Shown here piece by piece: positions 19,625 to 29,921 of a stretch of 64,000 bases of DNA. Position numbers and translations under genes: made by a program. This DNA is from an uncultured Candidatus Saccharibacteria bacterium. GTDB taxonomy: Bacteria > Patescibacteriota > Minisyncoccia > Phycocordibacterales > UBA918. The notes below the pieces were generated by a model. The model was not told the DNA's origin. It worked only from the letters and a program-made list of their open reading frames with translations, and made no database searches. The stretch lies in assembly GCA_964643955.1 (NCBI GenBank), contig CAZXUO010000004.1:3882-67881 (forward strand), given 5' to 3'. The stretch's first letter is position 1; the number at the start of each line of letters is the position of its first letter.

Positions 19625-20527
19625 CTATTGCTTCAGGCTAGAGAAGAAATATCCAGGTTCCTCGGCAGTGTAGACAACGCCGCGTGCCTCAAGTGCATCA
19701 CGAAAATTGAGTAGTGTGAGGGCAAGGCCGCGCACGTCTTCTTGGTATCGCTGTGTGTGCATGAGCGCCGGTATTGGGTCCTCAAACGCTAGTTGCATTG
19801 CTGCAATATCAGCACGAACCATACTTAGTGTATTTACAAAATCCGTATGTTCTTTTGCAAGCACGTTTGGTACTTCTACTTGAAGTAGCTCTTGAATCAT
19901 TGCAGCATAGCCTTGCTCAATAGGAGAAAGTGACTGAAGAATGGCCGAATCTTCGTGTTGAAACGCGCGCTGGAGAATAACCATCTCGTTTTCTTTTGGA
20001 GCTGGATATTTTTCTATGATTGTACTTATTGCATTTCCGTATGCGCGAATTGAGGAAAGGTCATTATTTAAAACAATACGCATCTGCGCCTGGGTATAGA
20101 GCGTGTCTTTGATTTCGCCCTTGATAGTTTGTGCAGCCCGTTGGGCCACTTGAAGTTTTTCTTCTTCACTTATTTCACGTCCCGCTCCAGTGCGAAGCAT
20201 ATCCTCAAGAAATTGTTCGGAGAATTTGCCAGTGAGGGTGGTAGGAGGCGTGTACTCTTCTTCGAGTTCAGTGGCTTGAGTCGTTGATGCAAACGTTGTA
20301 AACGTCAGTGGATCAGTGTTTTGCAGCTCTTCTTCCCAGTCGGGCATGCCGTCGCCGTCAGTATCGGTACTGGTCTGGACTGAGCGTACGGTGTCGTTTG
20401 CGACGACGAGTGCAGGAGAAGTTGCAGCTTGGCTATCAGCGATGCCGTTGTGTTCTATATAAAATGCTCCGCCGATCAATGCGGCTCCAATGAGTAGTGC
20501 GCCTCCTACGCGAAAAATGCTTTCCAC
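19625..20527 (-). CDS. Membrane-anchored protein with thrombospondin type-3-like Ca-binding repeat
   Basis: N-terminal TM; DTDGDGMPDWEE..TDP. Confidence 0.75.
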   Translation of the reverse strand: MESIFRVGGALLIGAALIGGAFYIEHNGIADSQAATSPALVVANDTVRSVQTSTDTDGDGMPDWEEELQNTDPLTFTTFASTTQATELEEEYTPPTTLTGKFSEQFLEDMLRTGAGREISEEEKLQVAQRAAQTIKGEIKDTLYTQAQMRIVLNNDLSSIRAYGNAISTIIEKYPAPKENEMVILQRAFQHEDSAILQSLSPIEQGYAAMIQELLQVEVPNVLAKEHTDFVNTLSMVRADIAAMQLAFEDPIPALMHTQRYQEDVRGLALTLLNFRDALEARGVVYTAEEPGYFFSSLKQ

Positions 20528-20626
20528 AGGGAAATTACTTAGTACATTTCAAGTATAGCAAGCACTCCTCTCTTTATATGTAGATGTTCTGTGCAGAAAT
20601 GGGGACACTCGATAGAAAAAGTTTTG

Positions 20627-21424
20627 TTATGAAAGTTCACGTGCGAGTGCGCACCATGTGTCGATAGAAAGATCCTCCCCACGCGCTTTTGGTGAGATGG
20701 AAAGTTTTTCAAATGTTTGTTCGAGGCGACTTTTTTCGCAGATCGTTGAAAGATTCCCGAACAACTGCTTTCGGCGAGCAGCAAATCCTGCGTGCAGCAC
20801 GGTAAAGAACCATTCTTCGGTAAAACCATTAAAACGGCCGCGAGAAATATCAGAAATTGCGAGAATTGCCGAATCGACAGCCGGCGGCGGCGCGAAATTG
20901 CCTCGAGAAACAGTATCTACGTACCGCGGTGTACCAAATACCTTGACGGAGAGAGACAAAAGCGACTCTTTTTCGCTTCGAGCCACCCGGAGCGCGACCT
21001 CTTTTTGGACAAGGAAAACCACGCATTGGGGCTGATGCACGGCACTGAGTGACGTCCGGATGAGCATCCCTGAAAGGTAGTATGGAATGTTGGCAACAAT
21101 AGAATAATCCTTATATTGAGCCATAAAATCGGTGATATCGCGGTCGCGTACGTCGGTGTGGTGGAGTATAAGCCGTCCATCGGCAATCTCCTTTTCAAAG
21201 CGCTCATTAAGCACCTCGATCGCACGAAGGTCAGCCTCAAGCGCCACTACCTGCGCTCCTGCCGCAAGGAGTGCCTCGGTAAGGGCGCCGGTCCCTGGCC
21301 CAACTTCAAGCACGATATCCCCTTTTTTGAGGTTGGCTGCCTCCACAATCTTCAAAACGACCTTTGGATTGGTCAAAAAGTGCTGTCCGAGCGATTTTTT
21401 GGCTTCAATGCTGTGTTTTTTCAT
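20627..21424 (-). CDS. rsmA: 16S rRNA dimethyltransferase RsmA/KsgA
   Basis: KKSLGQHFL, LEVGPGTGALT, VANIPY, FAPPPAVDSA. Confidence 0.96.
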   Translation of the reverse strand: MKKHSIEAKKSLGQHFLTNPKVVLKIVEAANLKKGDIVLEVGPGTGALTEALLAAGAQVVALEADLRAIEVLNERFEKEIADGRLILHHTDVRDRDITDFMAQYKDYSIVANIPYYLSGMLIRTSLSAVHQPQCVVFLVQKEVALRVARSEKESLLSLSVKVFGTPRYVDTVSRGNFAPPPAVDSAILAISDISRGRFNGFTEEWFFTVLHAGFAARRKQLFGNLSTICEKSRLEQTFEKLSISPKARGEDLSIDTWCALARELS

Positions 21425-21426
21425 GG

Positions 21427-23391
21427 TTAGTCGAGGAAAATAGTACGCTCAAAGCCCGATTGTGGTACTGGATTTGCCTGCTCAAGATGCTCTTCTTTAA
21501 GGTCGAGAAGGAATGATGAGGGCACATTCATGCGTTGACTGCCGAAAATAGTGCGCATATTGGCATAGGTGAGGTAGATTTTCTTCTCGGCACGCGTGAG
21601 AGCAACATAAAAGAGACGGCGTTCCTCCTCGGTGTCGACTCGTGGTCCGCTTCCGCCCGCATCGATGCGTTCATGCGGGAAGAGACCTTCCTCAAGGCCG
21701 GTGATAAAGACGTACGGGAATTCAAGTCCTTTTGCCGCATGGATAGTCATGAGCTTCACGGCGTCTTTATCCTCTTCTTTGCTCGCGAGCTCGTCTTGGT
21801 CACTCTGGAGCGCAGCGTCTTCGAGGAAACGTTCGAGCGCCTCCTCGTGTGGAAGTTCATCGTAACGTATCGCAAGTGAGACGAGCTCGCGGAGGTTTTC
21901 AAGTCGCTCAAGCTCTTCTTCCCCACCTTCTTTCAGCTGCGCATCAAGACCGGTACGCGCGATGATGAATTTAAGTGTTGCAGACAGTGGCTTCGTGCGG
22001 GCATGCTCGCCGATTTCGGTAATCATTGCTTCAAACGCAGCGACTTTCTGAAGCGTCGCGCCGGTGATTTCTTCACGACGCTTCTCGATCATCTTGAGCA
22101 AGGTAACTTTTCCAATGCCGCGCGGTGGCACATTGATGATGCGTGCAAGATCACTTGTGCTGTCAGTATTTAATGAGAAGCGGAGAAATGAGAGCACATC
22201 CTTCACTTCTTTTCGTTCAAAGAATTTTGTTCCGAGCATTTGGTACGAAACATTTTGTGTGAGAAATGCTTCTTCGAGCGCGCGTGACTGGAAGTTGGTA
22301 CGGAAGAGTACCGCGATAGATGATGCCGGCGCTCCATCGGCGATGAGTCCGCGCGCAGTCGACGCAATAAAGTTTGCTTCGTCAGTTTCATTGTATGCAG
22401 CGTAGAGTGAGAGCGGTTCCCCTTCAGCATTTGAGGTGAAGACGGTCTTCGGAATACGATTGCGATTTTTCTCGATGATGGTGTTTGACGCGGCAATGAT
22501 GGTCTGTGTTGAGCGGTAGTTTTCTTCGAGTACTACAATGGCCGCCCCAGGGAAATGACGCTCAAACTGCATGATGTTGTTGATGTCCGCACCGCGCCAC
22601 GAGTAGATATTTTGATCGATATCGCCGACGACGCAGAGGTTTGCGTGCTCTCCTGCGAGGAGTCGTGCGATCTCGTACTGCACTTTGTTGGTGTCTTGGT
22701 ACTCGTCGACGTGAATGTACGCAAAGCGTTTTTGGTAGAGCTCGCGAATGTCTGCATGTGTGCGGAGGAGATCAAGTGTCTTAATGAGGAGATCATCAAA
22801 ATCGAGTGCTTGTTCCTCGCGGAGGATGCGATCGTATCGTTCCCATACTTCTGCAGCGACTTCTTCGGGATATGACTGTGCAGCATCACTAAAAGAGAGT
22901 CGTGAATACGCGTCCCCCTTTGCGCGGGAGATCATGCCGAGTATGCGACGCGGCTCAAATTGTTTGATGTTATAGCCGGCTTCTTCAATCGCACGTTTGA
23001 TCGCACGATTTGAATCACTTCGGTCGTAGATGGTGAAATGGCGCTTAAGACCAATGCGCTCGTGCTGTTCGCGGAGGATGCGGACGCCGAGTGCGTGGAA
23101 GGTCGTCGTAAGTGGAAGTGCATCGTAGCTTGCGCGCGTCGCCGCAGCGTGTTCATTTATAAGTGTATGCACGCGCTCGCGCATTTCCTTCGCCGCTTTG
23201 TTGGTAAAGGTGACCGCGAGGATCTGTGCGGGATGCACTCCCTTCTCAATGAGGTGCAAAATACGATGCGTAATGACGCGGGTCTTTCCTGATCCGGCAC
23301 CGGCGAGTACGAGGAGCGCTCCTTCGGTTTTGAGGACCGCTTCTTGCTGCCGAGCGTTCAGTCCGTGAGCTGCTGTGGGGAGATTTTCCAT
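21427..23391 (-). CDS. pcrA: UvrD/PcrA ATP-dependent DNA helicase
   Basis: AGAGSGKT, DEYQDTN, NYRST, MTIHAAKGLEF, EERRLFYVALTRA; start ATG 23391. Confidence 0.95.
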   Translation of the reverse strand: MENLPTAAHGLNARQQEAVLKTEGALLVLAGAGSGKTRVITHRILHLIEKGVHPAQILAVTFTNKAAKEMRERVHTLINEHAAATRASYDALPLTTTFHALGVRILREQHERIGLKRHFTIYDRSDSNRAIKRAIEEAGYNIKQFEPRRILGMISRAKGDAYSRLSFSDAAQSYPEEVAAEVWERYDRILREEQALDFDDLLIKTLDLLRTHADIRELYQKRFAYIHVDEYQDTNKVQYEIARLLAGEHANLCVVGDIDQNIYSWRGADINNIMQFERHFPGAAIVVLEENYRSTQTIIAASNTIIEKNRNRIPKTVFTSNAEGEPLSLYAAYNETDEANFIASTARGLIADGAPASSIAVLFRTNFQSRALEEAFLTQNVSYQMLGTKFFERKEVKDVLSFLRFSLNTDSTSDLARIINVPPRGIGKVTLLKMIEKRREEITGATLQKVAAFEAMITEIGEHARTKPLSATLKFIIARTGLDAQLKEGGEEELERLENLRELVSLAIRYDELPHEEALERFLEDAALQSDQDELASKEEDKDAVKLMTIHAAKGLEFPYVFITGLEEGLFPHERIDAGGSGPRVDTEEERRLFYVALTRAEKKIYLTYANMRTIFGSQRMNVPSSFLLDLKEEHLEQANPVPQSGFERTIFLD

Positions 23392-23608
23392 AAAAAGGGG
23401 CTGTATCGGCAAAACTATAGCACGTACCAATACAAAACATACAGAAAGTAATGTCAATGTGCCAAAATAGCCCCAAAATACAGGCTGATATGGGCATGGG
23501 GATACCGTGGGGACAATACTGCATTGACCACTTCGTGGGGTCATCTATAGTGTCTAGGTTGCTTCTGAACGACTGATTGGCAGTACTTGGGCGGGCGGCC
23601 CCGGTGAG

Positions 23609-24757
23609 TTGCCTCGCATGGATGAACGGGCGGTGCGTCCCATAACACACACGACTATTGAACCCATCTCACAGGAATCTGTACCTCTCTCTGACGGCCC
23701 GATAGCCACACAGAAGGAACCACAGACGACATATACGTTCTCTAAGCGACTCCTCGTCGCAGAGGTCGTCCCTATAGCATTACTGCTCGCCGTCCCTCTT
23801 TTGGCGCATGCAGGTCTTTTTTCTGCGATTTCAGGAATTTTTGAAGAAAAAGTAGAGGCATCTGAGGTAAAAGACGCGCCGAGCGCCCAATCGGTGACTC
23901 TCCTTAAGGCAGCGACCAACATTGATCCCAACCCCTCAAAGGGCGGCGGGGATATTTTAGTTGATGAAGATGGCGCACTTGTGCCTGAGCAAAGTCCTGA
24001 AGGTCTTGCGAGCGACGCATCGGTACTGACAACGAGTGGTGAAATCAGCGTGTACGTCGTCCGCCCCGGCGATTCCCTTTCGCAGATTGCGGAAATGTTT
24101 GGCGTGAGTGCCAATACGATCCTTTGGGCAAACGACATCAAGAGCGCCAACCTCATCCAGCCGGGTGATTCCCTCGTTATCCTCCCGGTTTCGGGCGTCC
24201 GTCATGTCGTGAAGAGCGGCGATACTATTGAATCAATTGCAGAGAAATACAAGGGCAACATCGACGACATCATTGGATACAACGGTCTTTCGTCTGAGGT
24301 TGCGCTTCGTGCAGGGCAAACCGTGGTGATTCCTGGGGGTGAAGTCGCAAATGCGGTGACAAAGACAGCCGCAAAGACCACCTCGCGCGCAACAGGAAGC
24401 GCTTCGTCAGGCGGTACGTCCTTCTCACACCCAGTACCGGGCGCAGTACGCACACAGGGTATCCACGGCTACAACGGCGTTGATCTTGGCGCACCAAATG
24501 GTACGACCGTCCGCGCGGCAGCAGGGGGCGAGGTTATCATCAGTAAGGCATCAGGCTGGAATGGTGGCTATGGTAACTACGTAGTTATTAAGCATGCAAA
24601 TGGTACACAGACGCTCTATGCGCACTTGAGTATCAATAGCGTTGGTGCGGGAGCGTATGTCGAGCAGGGTGAGACAATCGGCGCCGTGGGTTCAACTGGC
24701 CGTTCGACGGGATCCCACCTGCACTTTGAGGTTCGCGGAGACGCAAATCCTTTCTAA
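23609..24757 (+). CDS. LysM x2 + M23 peptidase cell-wall hydrolase
   Basis: Two LysM (YVVRPGDSLSQIA; HVVKSGDTIESIA), HxxxxxDL, YAHL, HLHFE; exact start uncertain. Confidence 0.92.
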   Translation: MPRMDERAVRPITHTTIEPISQESVPLSDGPIATQKEPQTTYTFSKRLLVAEVVPIALLLAVPLLAHAGLFSAISGIFEEKVEASEVKDAPSAQSVTLLKAATNIDPNPSKGGGDILVDEDGALVPEQSPEGLASDASVLTTSGEISVYVVRPGDSLSQIAEMFGVSANTILWANDIKSANLIQPGDSLVILPVSGVRHVVKSGDTIESIAEKYKGNIDDIIGYNGLSSEVALRAGQTVVIPGGEVANAVTKTAAKTTSRATGSASSGGTSFSHPVPGAVRTQGIHGYNGVDLGAPNGTTVRAAAGGEVIISKASGWNGGYGNYVVIKHANGTQTLYAHLSINSVGAGAYVEQGETIGAVGSTGRSTGSHLHFEVRGDANPF

Positions 24758-24821
24758 TATATGAAAAAAGCCCCGCGGCTAAAGCCGCGGGGCTTTTTTC
24801 ATTGGGACACTCTCCTATATA

Positions 24822-25436
24822 ATGAATCGCATGAAATGGATATATGGAGCAGTAGTGGGTGGACTATGTGCAGTACTTTTTGTCGGAGCGCCCGGGATTG
24901 CGTCAGCACAGGGCGTAAGTGGAGACGTAGATGCTGAGCGAGCTGCGCTCATTGAGCGCGTTGCGCAGCTTACTGAGACGCTCGCAAAACTCAAACAAGC
25001 GCAATCATCAGGTATTCGGGTGGTCATCGTGCCAGTGTGGCAGGGCGAAGAGAGAAATATAAGCATTTCTTCAATACGATTGCTGAGGAAAGACGAGGAG
25101 TCTTCCGGAGAGACCCTTTCGGTATACGCAAAGACAAGTACGCATGGCTTTTCACAAATTGTTGGTGAAAATACGGCATATGAGGTCTACCTTTACGAAC
25201 ATCGCGATGGGCGTACGATAAAGCTCTCGAGTGAGCCGGTTGCAGTGGGTACCTTCTTGGTACCGCCGGCGCGTGGGACGGTTGAGTTCCGGGCTAAACT
25301 CGATGAATCAGTATTTGAAGGACTTGCTGCGGGTACTGAGCTCAAGGCTGAAGTACGTATCGATACCGATCGAAGGATCGATGAGAGAAATGAGCAGGAC
25401 AACAAGAAAATGAGTCTAGTGTGGGTGCTTGAATAA
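24822..25436 (+). CDS. Exported hypothetical protein (CARDB-like C-terminus possible)
   Basis: Signal peptide ASA|Q; DxDxxIDExNExDN motif; flanked by terminators. Confidence 0.7.
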   Translation: MNRMKWIYGAVVGGLCAVLFVGAPGIASAQGVSGDVDAERAALIERVAQLTETLAKLKQAQSSGIRVVIVPVWQGEERNISISSIRLLRKDEESSGETLSVYAKTSTHGFSQIVGENTAYEVYLYEHRDGRTIKLSSEPVAVGTFLVPPARGTVEFRAKLDESVFEGLAAGTELKAEVRIDTDRRIDERNEQDNKKMSLVWVLE

Positions 25437-25484
25437 GTGAAAGATGAAAAGAAAAGGCCCGCGGCTATGCCGCGGGCCTTTTCT

Positions 25485-27002
25485 TTAGAGCTTCACTCGA
25501 TACTGAAGCGCTTCGAGGAGGTGCGGTACAGCAATCTCATCGGACTCACCTAGGTCTGCGATCGTGCGTGCTACTTTTATGACGCGATGGTAGCTTCTTG
25601 GCGAAAGGTTGAGACGCGCGGATGCATCTTTCAGTACCGCACGTACGTCGTCAGTGAGCGCGATGACTTCGTCGATGTCGCGTGCCGTCATCTCGGCATT
25701 TGCGCGCGCTGGTCTCCCTGCGAGGCGTGTGCGTTGACGTGCGCGTGCACGCGCTACCTGCTCACGCGCTCGTTCGGTTTCTTTTTCTACCACTCGTTTA
25801 CCGGTCAGTGTCTCGTGATCGACTGAAAGTACATCGAGCCACAAATCAATACGATCGAGAATCGGTCCTGATATTTTTTGTTTATACGATTCGAGTAGCG
25901 CATCACTCATGTCTGATTGTCCGTCGTGTCCGCCGCGATGTGGATTCATCGCTGCAACAAGAATAAAGTCGGCGGGAAATTGCACTGAACTTTGTACGCG
26001 TGAAATTGAGATGACGCGATCTTCGAGTGGTTGTCGGAGCGCATCGATCGATCGTCGTTCAAATTCAGGAAACTCATCAAGAAAAAGTACGCCGCGATGC
26101 GCGAGTGTCACCTCCCCCGGTCGTGGATGTGAACCGCCGCCGACGAGCGATGTGTGTGATGCGGTGTGATGTGGTGCGCGAAATGGCGGAACAGAAATCA
26201 CGTGACGATCGAGTGTGCCGGCGACCGAATGAATCGCGGTTACGTCGAGCATCTCATCACGTTCAAGTGGTGGCAAAATATTTTTGAATGCGCGCGCGAG
26301 CATTGTCTTACCGGTTCCGGGTGGTCCAATCATGAGTACGTTGTGTCGGCCCGCTGCTGCAATCATGAGTCCGCGCTTCGCACTCTCCTGTCCACGCACA
26401 TCTTCAAAAAGTACATCGTCTACAATTTTTTCTGCGGCGACATCAGTGCACGTCGTTGTCGTGATAGGCGCATGATCCTCGCGCGTGTGATCGAGATGGC
26501 AGACAACTTCTTTCAATGTGTGCGCGGCGACGACGGAGATGTTTGAAATGAGTGCAGCTTCTTCCGCATTTTCTTTTGGAACGACCACCGTATGAAAACC
26601 TGCGTGTGCGCCGGCGCGTACCGATGGCAAGATGCCGCGCACTGGTCGAAGTGTGCCATCGAGTGCAAGCTCGCCGAGAAAAAGAATGTGTTGCACATCT
26701 GATTTTAATTCGCCTGATGCGATGAGATATGCGATCGCAATCGGAAGATCAAACAACGGTCCTTCTTTTTTAAGATCGGCCGGCGCAAGCGAGATCGTGA
26801 TTTTATGGTTCTTACTTTTTGGTGACGGAAATCCAGAGTTTTTAATCGCAGCACTCACGCGGTCGCGCGCTTCTTCTACGGCCTTGCTCGCGAGTCCAAC
26901 CATCGAAAACGAATGCAGACCTCTCGCGAGGTCTGCTTCGATCGTCACAACGTCTCCGTGTAGTACTGATGGCTGTGCTGCAAATACGCGCGCGACGGCC
27001 AT
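25485..27002 (-). CDS. comM: ComM/YifB Mg-chelatase-like AAA+ ATPase
   Basis: GPPGTGKT, FRAPHH, PGEVTLAHRGVLFLDEFPEF, ISGPILDRID. Confidence 0.95.
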   Translation of the reverse strand: MAVARVFAAQPSVLHGDVVTIEADLARGLHSFSMVGLASKAVEEARDRVSAAIKNSGFPSPKSKNHKITISLAPADLKKEGPLFDLPIAIAYLIASGELKSDVQHILFLGELALDGTLRPVRGILPSVRAGAHAGFHTVVVPKENAEEAALISNISVVAAHTLKEVVCHLDHTREDHAPITTTTCTDVAAEKIVDDVLFEDVRGQESAKRGLMIAAAGRHNVLMIGPPGTGKTMLARAFKNILPPLERDEMLDVTAIHSVAGTLDRHVISVPPFRAPHHTASHTSLVGGGSHPRPGEVTLAHRGVLFLDEFPEFERRSIDALRQPLEDRVISISRVQSSVQFPADFILVAAMNPHRGGHDGQSDMSDALLESYKQKISGPILDRIDLWLDVLSVDHETLTGKRVVEKETERAREQVARARARQRTRLAGRPARANAEMTARDIDEVIALTDDVRAVLKDASARLNLSPRSYHRVIKVARTIADLGESDEIAVPHLLEALQYRVKL

Positions 27003-27009
27003 GGTGTAT

Positions 27010-27387
27010 TTATACTAACGACGACTCTTCGTCCATGTGCGCTTTGCACGTGCGTGCGGCGGGGTTTGCGGCAAGTCGATCTTCATCAATTGTTCCCCCA
27101 CTAATTTCACAAATGCCGTACGTACCGTCTTCGATTTTTCTGAGCGCGCGGTTGATGTCGTTGTACTGTCGCTCAAGTGAGGCGAGTGTCGATGCGCGTT
27201 CATCCCAATCTTCGACGCGATCCGCTGCAACGTTTTCATCGGCCTCACCACTCTCCTCTTTCTCCGGTGTTGCAATCCAGTCTTCTGGATTTTCTGGATT
27301 ATGGATACCGATTTCTTTTAGTTCGCCGGTAATCTTTGCGAGCATTTCTTCAAGTCGTGTTTTGTATGTTGTTGTATCAAGTGCCAT
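27010..27387 (-). CDS. DksA/TraR family protein
   Basis: INRALRKIEDGTYGICE..I..DRL.ANP.A..C; only two Cys. Confidence 0.85.
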   Translation of the reverse strand: MALDTTTYKTRLEEMLAKITGELKEIGIHNPENPEDWIATPEKEESGEADENVAADRVEDWDERASTLASLERQYNDINRALRKIEDGTYGICEISGGTIDEDRLAANPAARTCKAHMDEESSLV

Positions 27388-27408
27388 ATGCGGAGAGTAT
27401 ACCACGCA

Positions 27409-29241
27409 CTAGCGCATGCGGCTGATGACCTCGGAAAGCATGGCGCTCGAGGTAGTGATAATCAGGGTTTCACGATCGAGAAACGCATACACAATACGCT
27501 CAGCACCGGTCTCGTCATAGAGGATGCGCGTGTCGATGTTGTTGAAGGTGTCATCGACGAAGAATGCCGAGCGCGACTGTCCGATGGTGCGGAGTGAAAC
27601 GTCGAGCGTATAGTCGACCGGCTCGCCGAAGAGCGGTGTCAGATCGGCGCTCATGTACTGCTCCCAGTCGAGCATGCCAGCAAACGCGGTATCGAATTGT
27701 TTTGTTTTAAAGATAAAGAATGGAACATTTCCCTGGAACGAACCGAACATCATTTGATCATCGAGGTTGCGGAGGAACGAGCTCGGTGCGCGCGGATCAA
27801 GGACAAACATAAATTCACTCGTTGAAACGGCGACGGTATTCCCTTCAGCAATCGGATAAATCTGTGTGACACCACTACCACCCTCGGCTATTGCGCCTGT
27901 GAGTGTATCGAGGAGTGTGGCACGGTTGGTCGAGAAGGCGACCGACTGTTGGCGATCGGTTGTGATAAAGGATGCAAGTCGCACGGTACCGTCGTCGTTG
28001 CGCACGACATCACTCGGTGTGTCTGATCCTGAGTACCAGAAGAATCCAAAGCCGCCGATCGCGATGATAAAAATCATGATAGCGCCAGCGATGACGAATG
28101 GACGTGGTGAGATGCCGCGCGCCTCGGCAGTCGGGCGTTGTGGCACGGGCGCTTGCGCGCGACGCGTTGCTTCGGCTGCTGCGATGTTTTGTACGGAAAG
28201 ATTATTTTCTTGGATGTTGGTGAGCGCGTCGGCGCGGTACGTGCGCACACCCTGCGTCTCTTGTTTTGCAAATTCTGGTTTCTCGAATGCGAGATCGCGT
28301 GACGGAGCTTTTGGTGCGATGTCGTCGGCGCGACCGTATGGAATCGGCTCAGCTTTCTTTTGTTGTGCGCGCTGGAATTTTACGTACGTACTTTCAACCG
28401 ATCCTTGTTGTGTTGTCGGTGCAACATCAGAGGTGAGATTTTTTGAAGTCGGTTCTTTTGCAAACGGATTGCTGAGTGGAATGTGCGGAAGTGCGGTGAG
28501 TGATCCGGCAGTGCGCACGACGGGACGCGCTTGTTTGATGACGGGTGTTTGCGGTTGTGACTGTGATTGGATGACGCTTCGAAGATCTGGTTTCGCGGGC
28601 TGGGTCACCGGTGCAGCAGGCTCTTCCGAAGACCAGCGCGGCGCGAGCTCTTCGGCGGTCGGTGTGCGCGTCGTGATATATTTTCGTCCCGTCGCGCGCT
28701 CAGTGTCGCTCGCAAATGTGCGGAGCTTTTCAACCACGACGCTTCGATCATCTTTCGGTGCAAGCGTACTTTCTTTTTTTGCTTCTCGGATAACATCTTT
28801 GCGAAGTGCTGATGGTGCGACCGTTGGCTTCGGATCTTTCTTTTCGGCAGCTTCGGCGAAGTCTTCCTTTTTTTCATTCACCCACGCGCTCAATGACTCA
28901 CCGAGCGCTTTGCCGAGTGACCACTGTTTGCGTTTGGTATCGCGCACAAACACTCCTTCGGGTGCGATTTTGTTTACCTCGCGCTTGATGTCGATGAATG
29001 CATCATTTTGTACAGGCGCTGCATTTATTTTTTCTGGTGCTGCAGGAATATTTGCTGGCGCAACCGGTGGAGTGATCGGTGCTTGTGGCGGTGGCGGTGG
29101 AGTTGTGGGACGCGGTGGTGGTACGACAATACGCGGCGCAGAAGGCGCGGGTGTGTCGCCGCGCGCTTGCGCGCGGCGAAGATCTTGTGCAAATGTTCGC
29201 ACATTTTGTGCGAGTTTCGTGTCCGACTGCGGAGTGTCCAT
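27409..29241 (-). CDS. Hypothetical Pro-rich single-pass membrane protein
   Basis: 610-aa ORF; repeated RT(F/Y)xxD motifs, one TM, globular C-terminal domain. Confidence 0.8.
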   Translation of the reverse strand: MDTPQSDTKLAQNVRTFAQDLRRAQARGDTPAPSAPRIVVPPPRPTTPPPPPQAPITPPVAPANIPAAPEKINAAPVQNDAFIDIKREVNKIAPEGVFVRDTKRKQWSLGKALGESLSAWVNEKKEDFAEAAEKKDPKPTVAPSALRKDVIREAKKESTLAPKDDRSVVVEKLRTFASDTERATGRKYITTRTPTAEELAPRWSSEEPAAPVTQPAKPDLRSVIQSQSQPQTPVIKQARPVVRTAGSLTALPHIPLSNPFAKEPTSKNLTSDVAPTTQQGSVESTYVKFQRAQQKKAEPIPYGRADDIAPKAPSRDLAFEKPEFAKQETQGVRTYRADALTNIQENNLSVQNIAAAEATRRAQAPVPQRPTAEARGISPRPFVIAGAIMIFIIAIGGFGFFWYSGSDTPSDVVRNDDGTVRLASFITTDRQQSVAFSTNRATLLDTLTGAIAEGGSGVTQIYPIAEGNTVAVSTSEFMFVLDPRAPSSFLRNLDDQMMFGSFQGNVPFFIFKTKQFDTAFAGMLDWEQYMSADLTPLFGEPVDYTLDVSLRTIGQSRSAFFVDDTFNNIDTRILYDETGAERIVYAFLDRETLIITTSSAMLSEVISRMR

Positions 29242-29336
29242 TACGTTCTAGTATCGCATAGCGCGCGCTGCTTTTCGATGGACCGCTGTGCCGAAATAAC
29301 AAAACCGCGCGGCCGTAGGCCGCGCGGTTTTGTTAT

Positions 29337-29921
29337 TTATTCAGGCAACACTACTTGTATCTCCCCGTCCTCGTCGTCAGCTGCGGGACGACGACTTCGG
29401 CGTCCGGGCGCGACGCGCTTCCCAATCAAAAACTTCCGTGGTTCTTCATCCATGTCCATGAAGTCATCCGCAATCTCACGCAAGCGCGCCGACGATGAAC
29501 GTCCAAATGCGATGATCTCTACCTGACACCCGTCTGCTTTGATGTATTCGACGAGTGGTACGAAGTCACCGTCGCCGGTTGCGAGCACGACCACATCCAC
29601 TTTCTTCGCGTACTTTACCGCGTCGATCGCCATGCCGACATCCCAGTCAGCTTTCTTTGCGCCGCCAAAAAATATTTGGAGGTCTTTTGTCTTTGTTTCG
29701 ATACCGATTTTACCGAGCGCCTCAAAGAAGGCCTGCTCTTCCCCGCTTTCGGTCGTGACGACGTACGCGAGTGCGCGCACGAGCTTTCGATCGCCGAGTG
29801 CTTTCTTTAAGACTGCATCAAAATTGACCTTTGATCGATAGATATTCTTTGCGCTATGGTAAAGGTTCTGGGTATCGATAAATACCGCAACGCGCTGCTC
29901 CTTGTGTTTAATTGTACTCAT
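29337..29921 (-). CDS. NYN domain protein (LabA/DUF88)
   Basis: VFIDTQN, KKADWDVGMAID, TGDGDFVPLV. Confidence 0.9.
   Translation of the reverse strand: MSTIKHKEQRVAVFIDTQNLYHSAKNIYRSKVNFDAVLKKALGDRKLVRALAYVVTTESGEEQAFFEALGKIGIETKTKDLQIFFGGAKKADWDVGMAIDAVKYAKKVDVVVLATGDGDFVPLVEYIKADGCQVEIIAFGRSSSARLREIADDFMDMDEEPRKFLIGKRVAPGRRSRRPAADDEDGEIQVVLPE

Noticed and set aside
23392-23544. N-terminal extensions in the ORF track (pcrA; similarly rarA, tig, 48951, 49684, 57952)
   Set aside because: Extensions cross promoters or neighbouring genes; downstream ATGs fit family N-termini and, for several, the -10 spacing
23555-23650. c-di-AMP (ydaO) riboswitch before LysM-M23
   Set aside because: Consensus elements could not be matched; kept only as a low-interest unknown leader
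27866-29251. 461-aa plus-strand ORF
   Set aside because: Antisense shadow of the 610-aa Pro/Ala-rich membrane protein gene; no motifs
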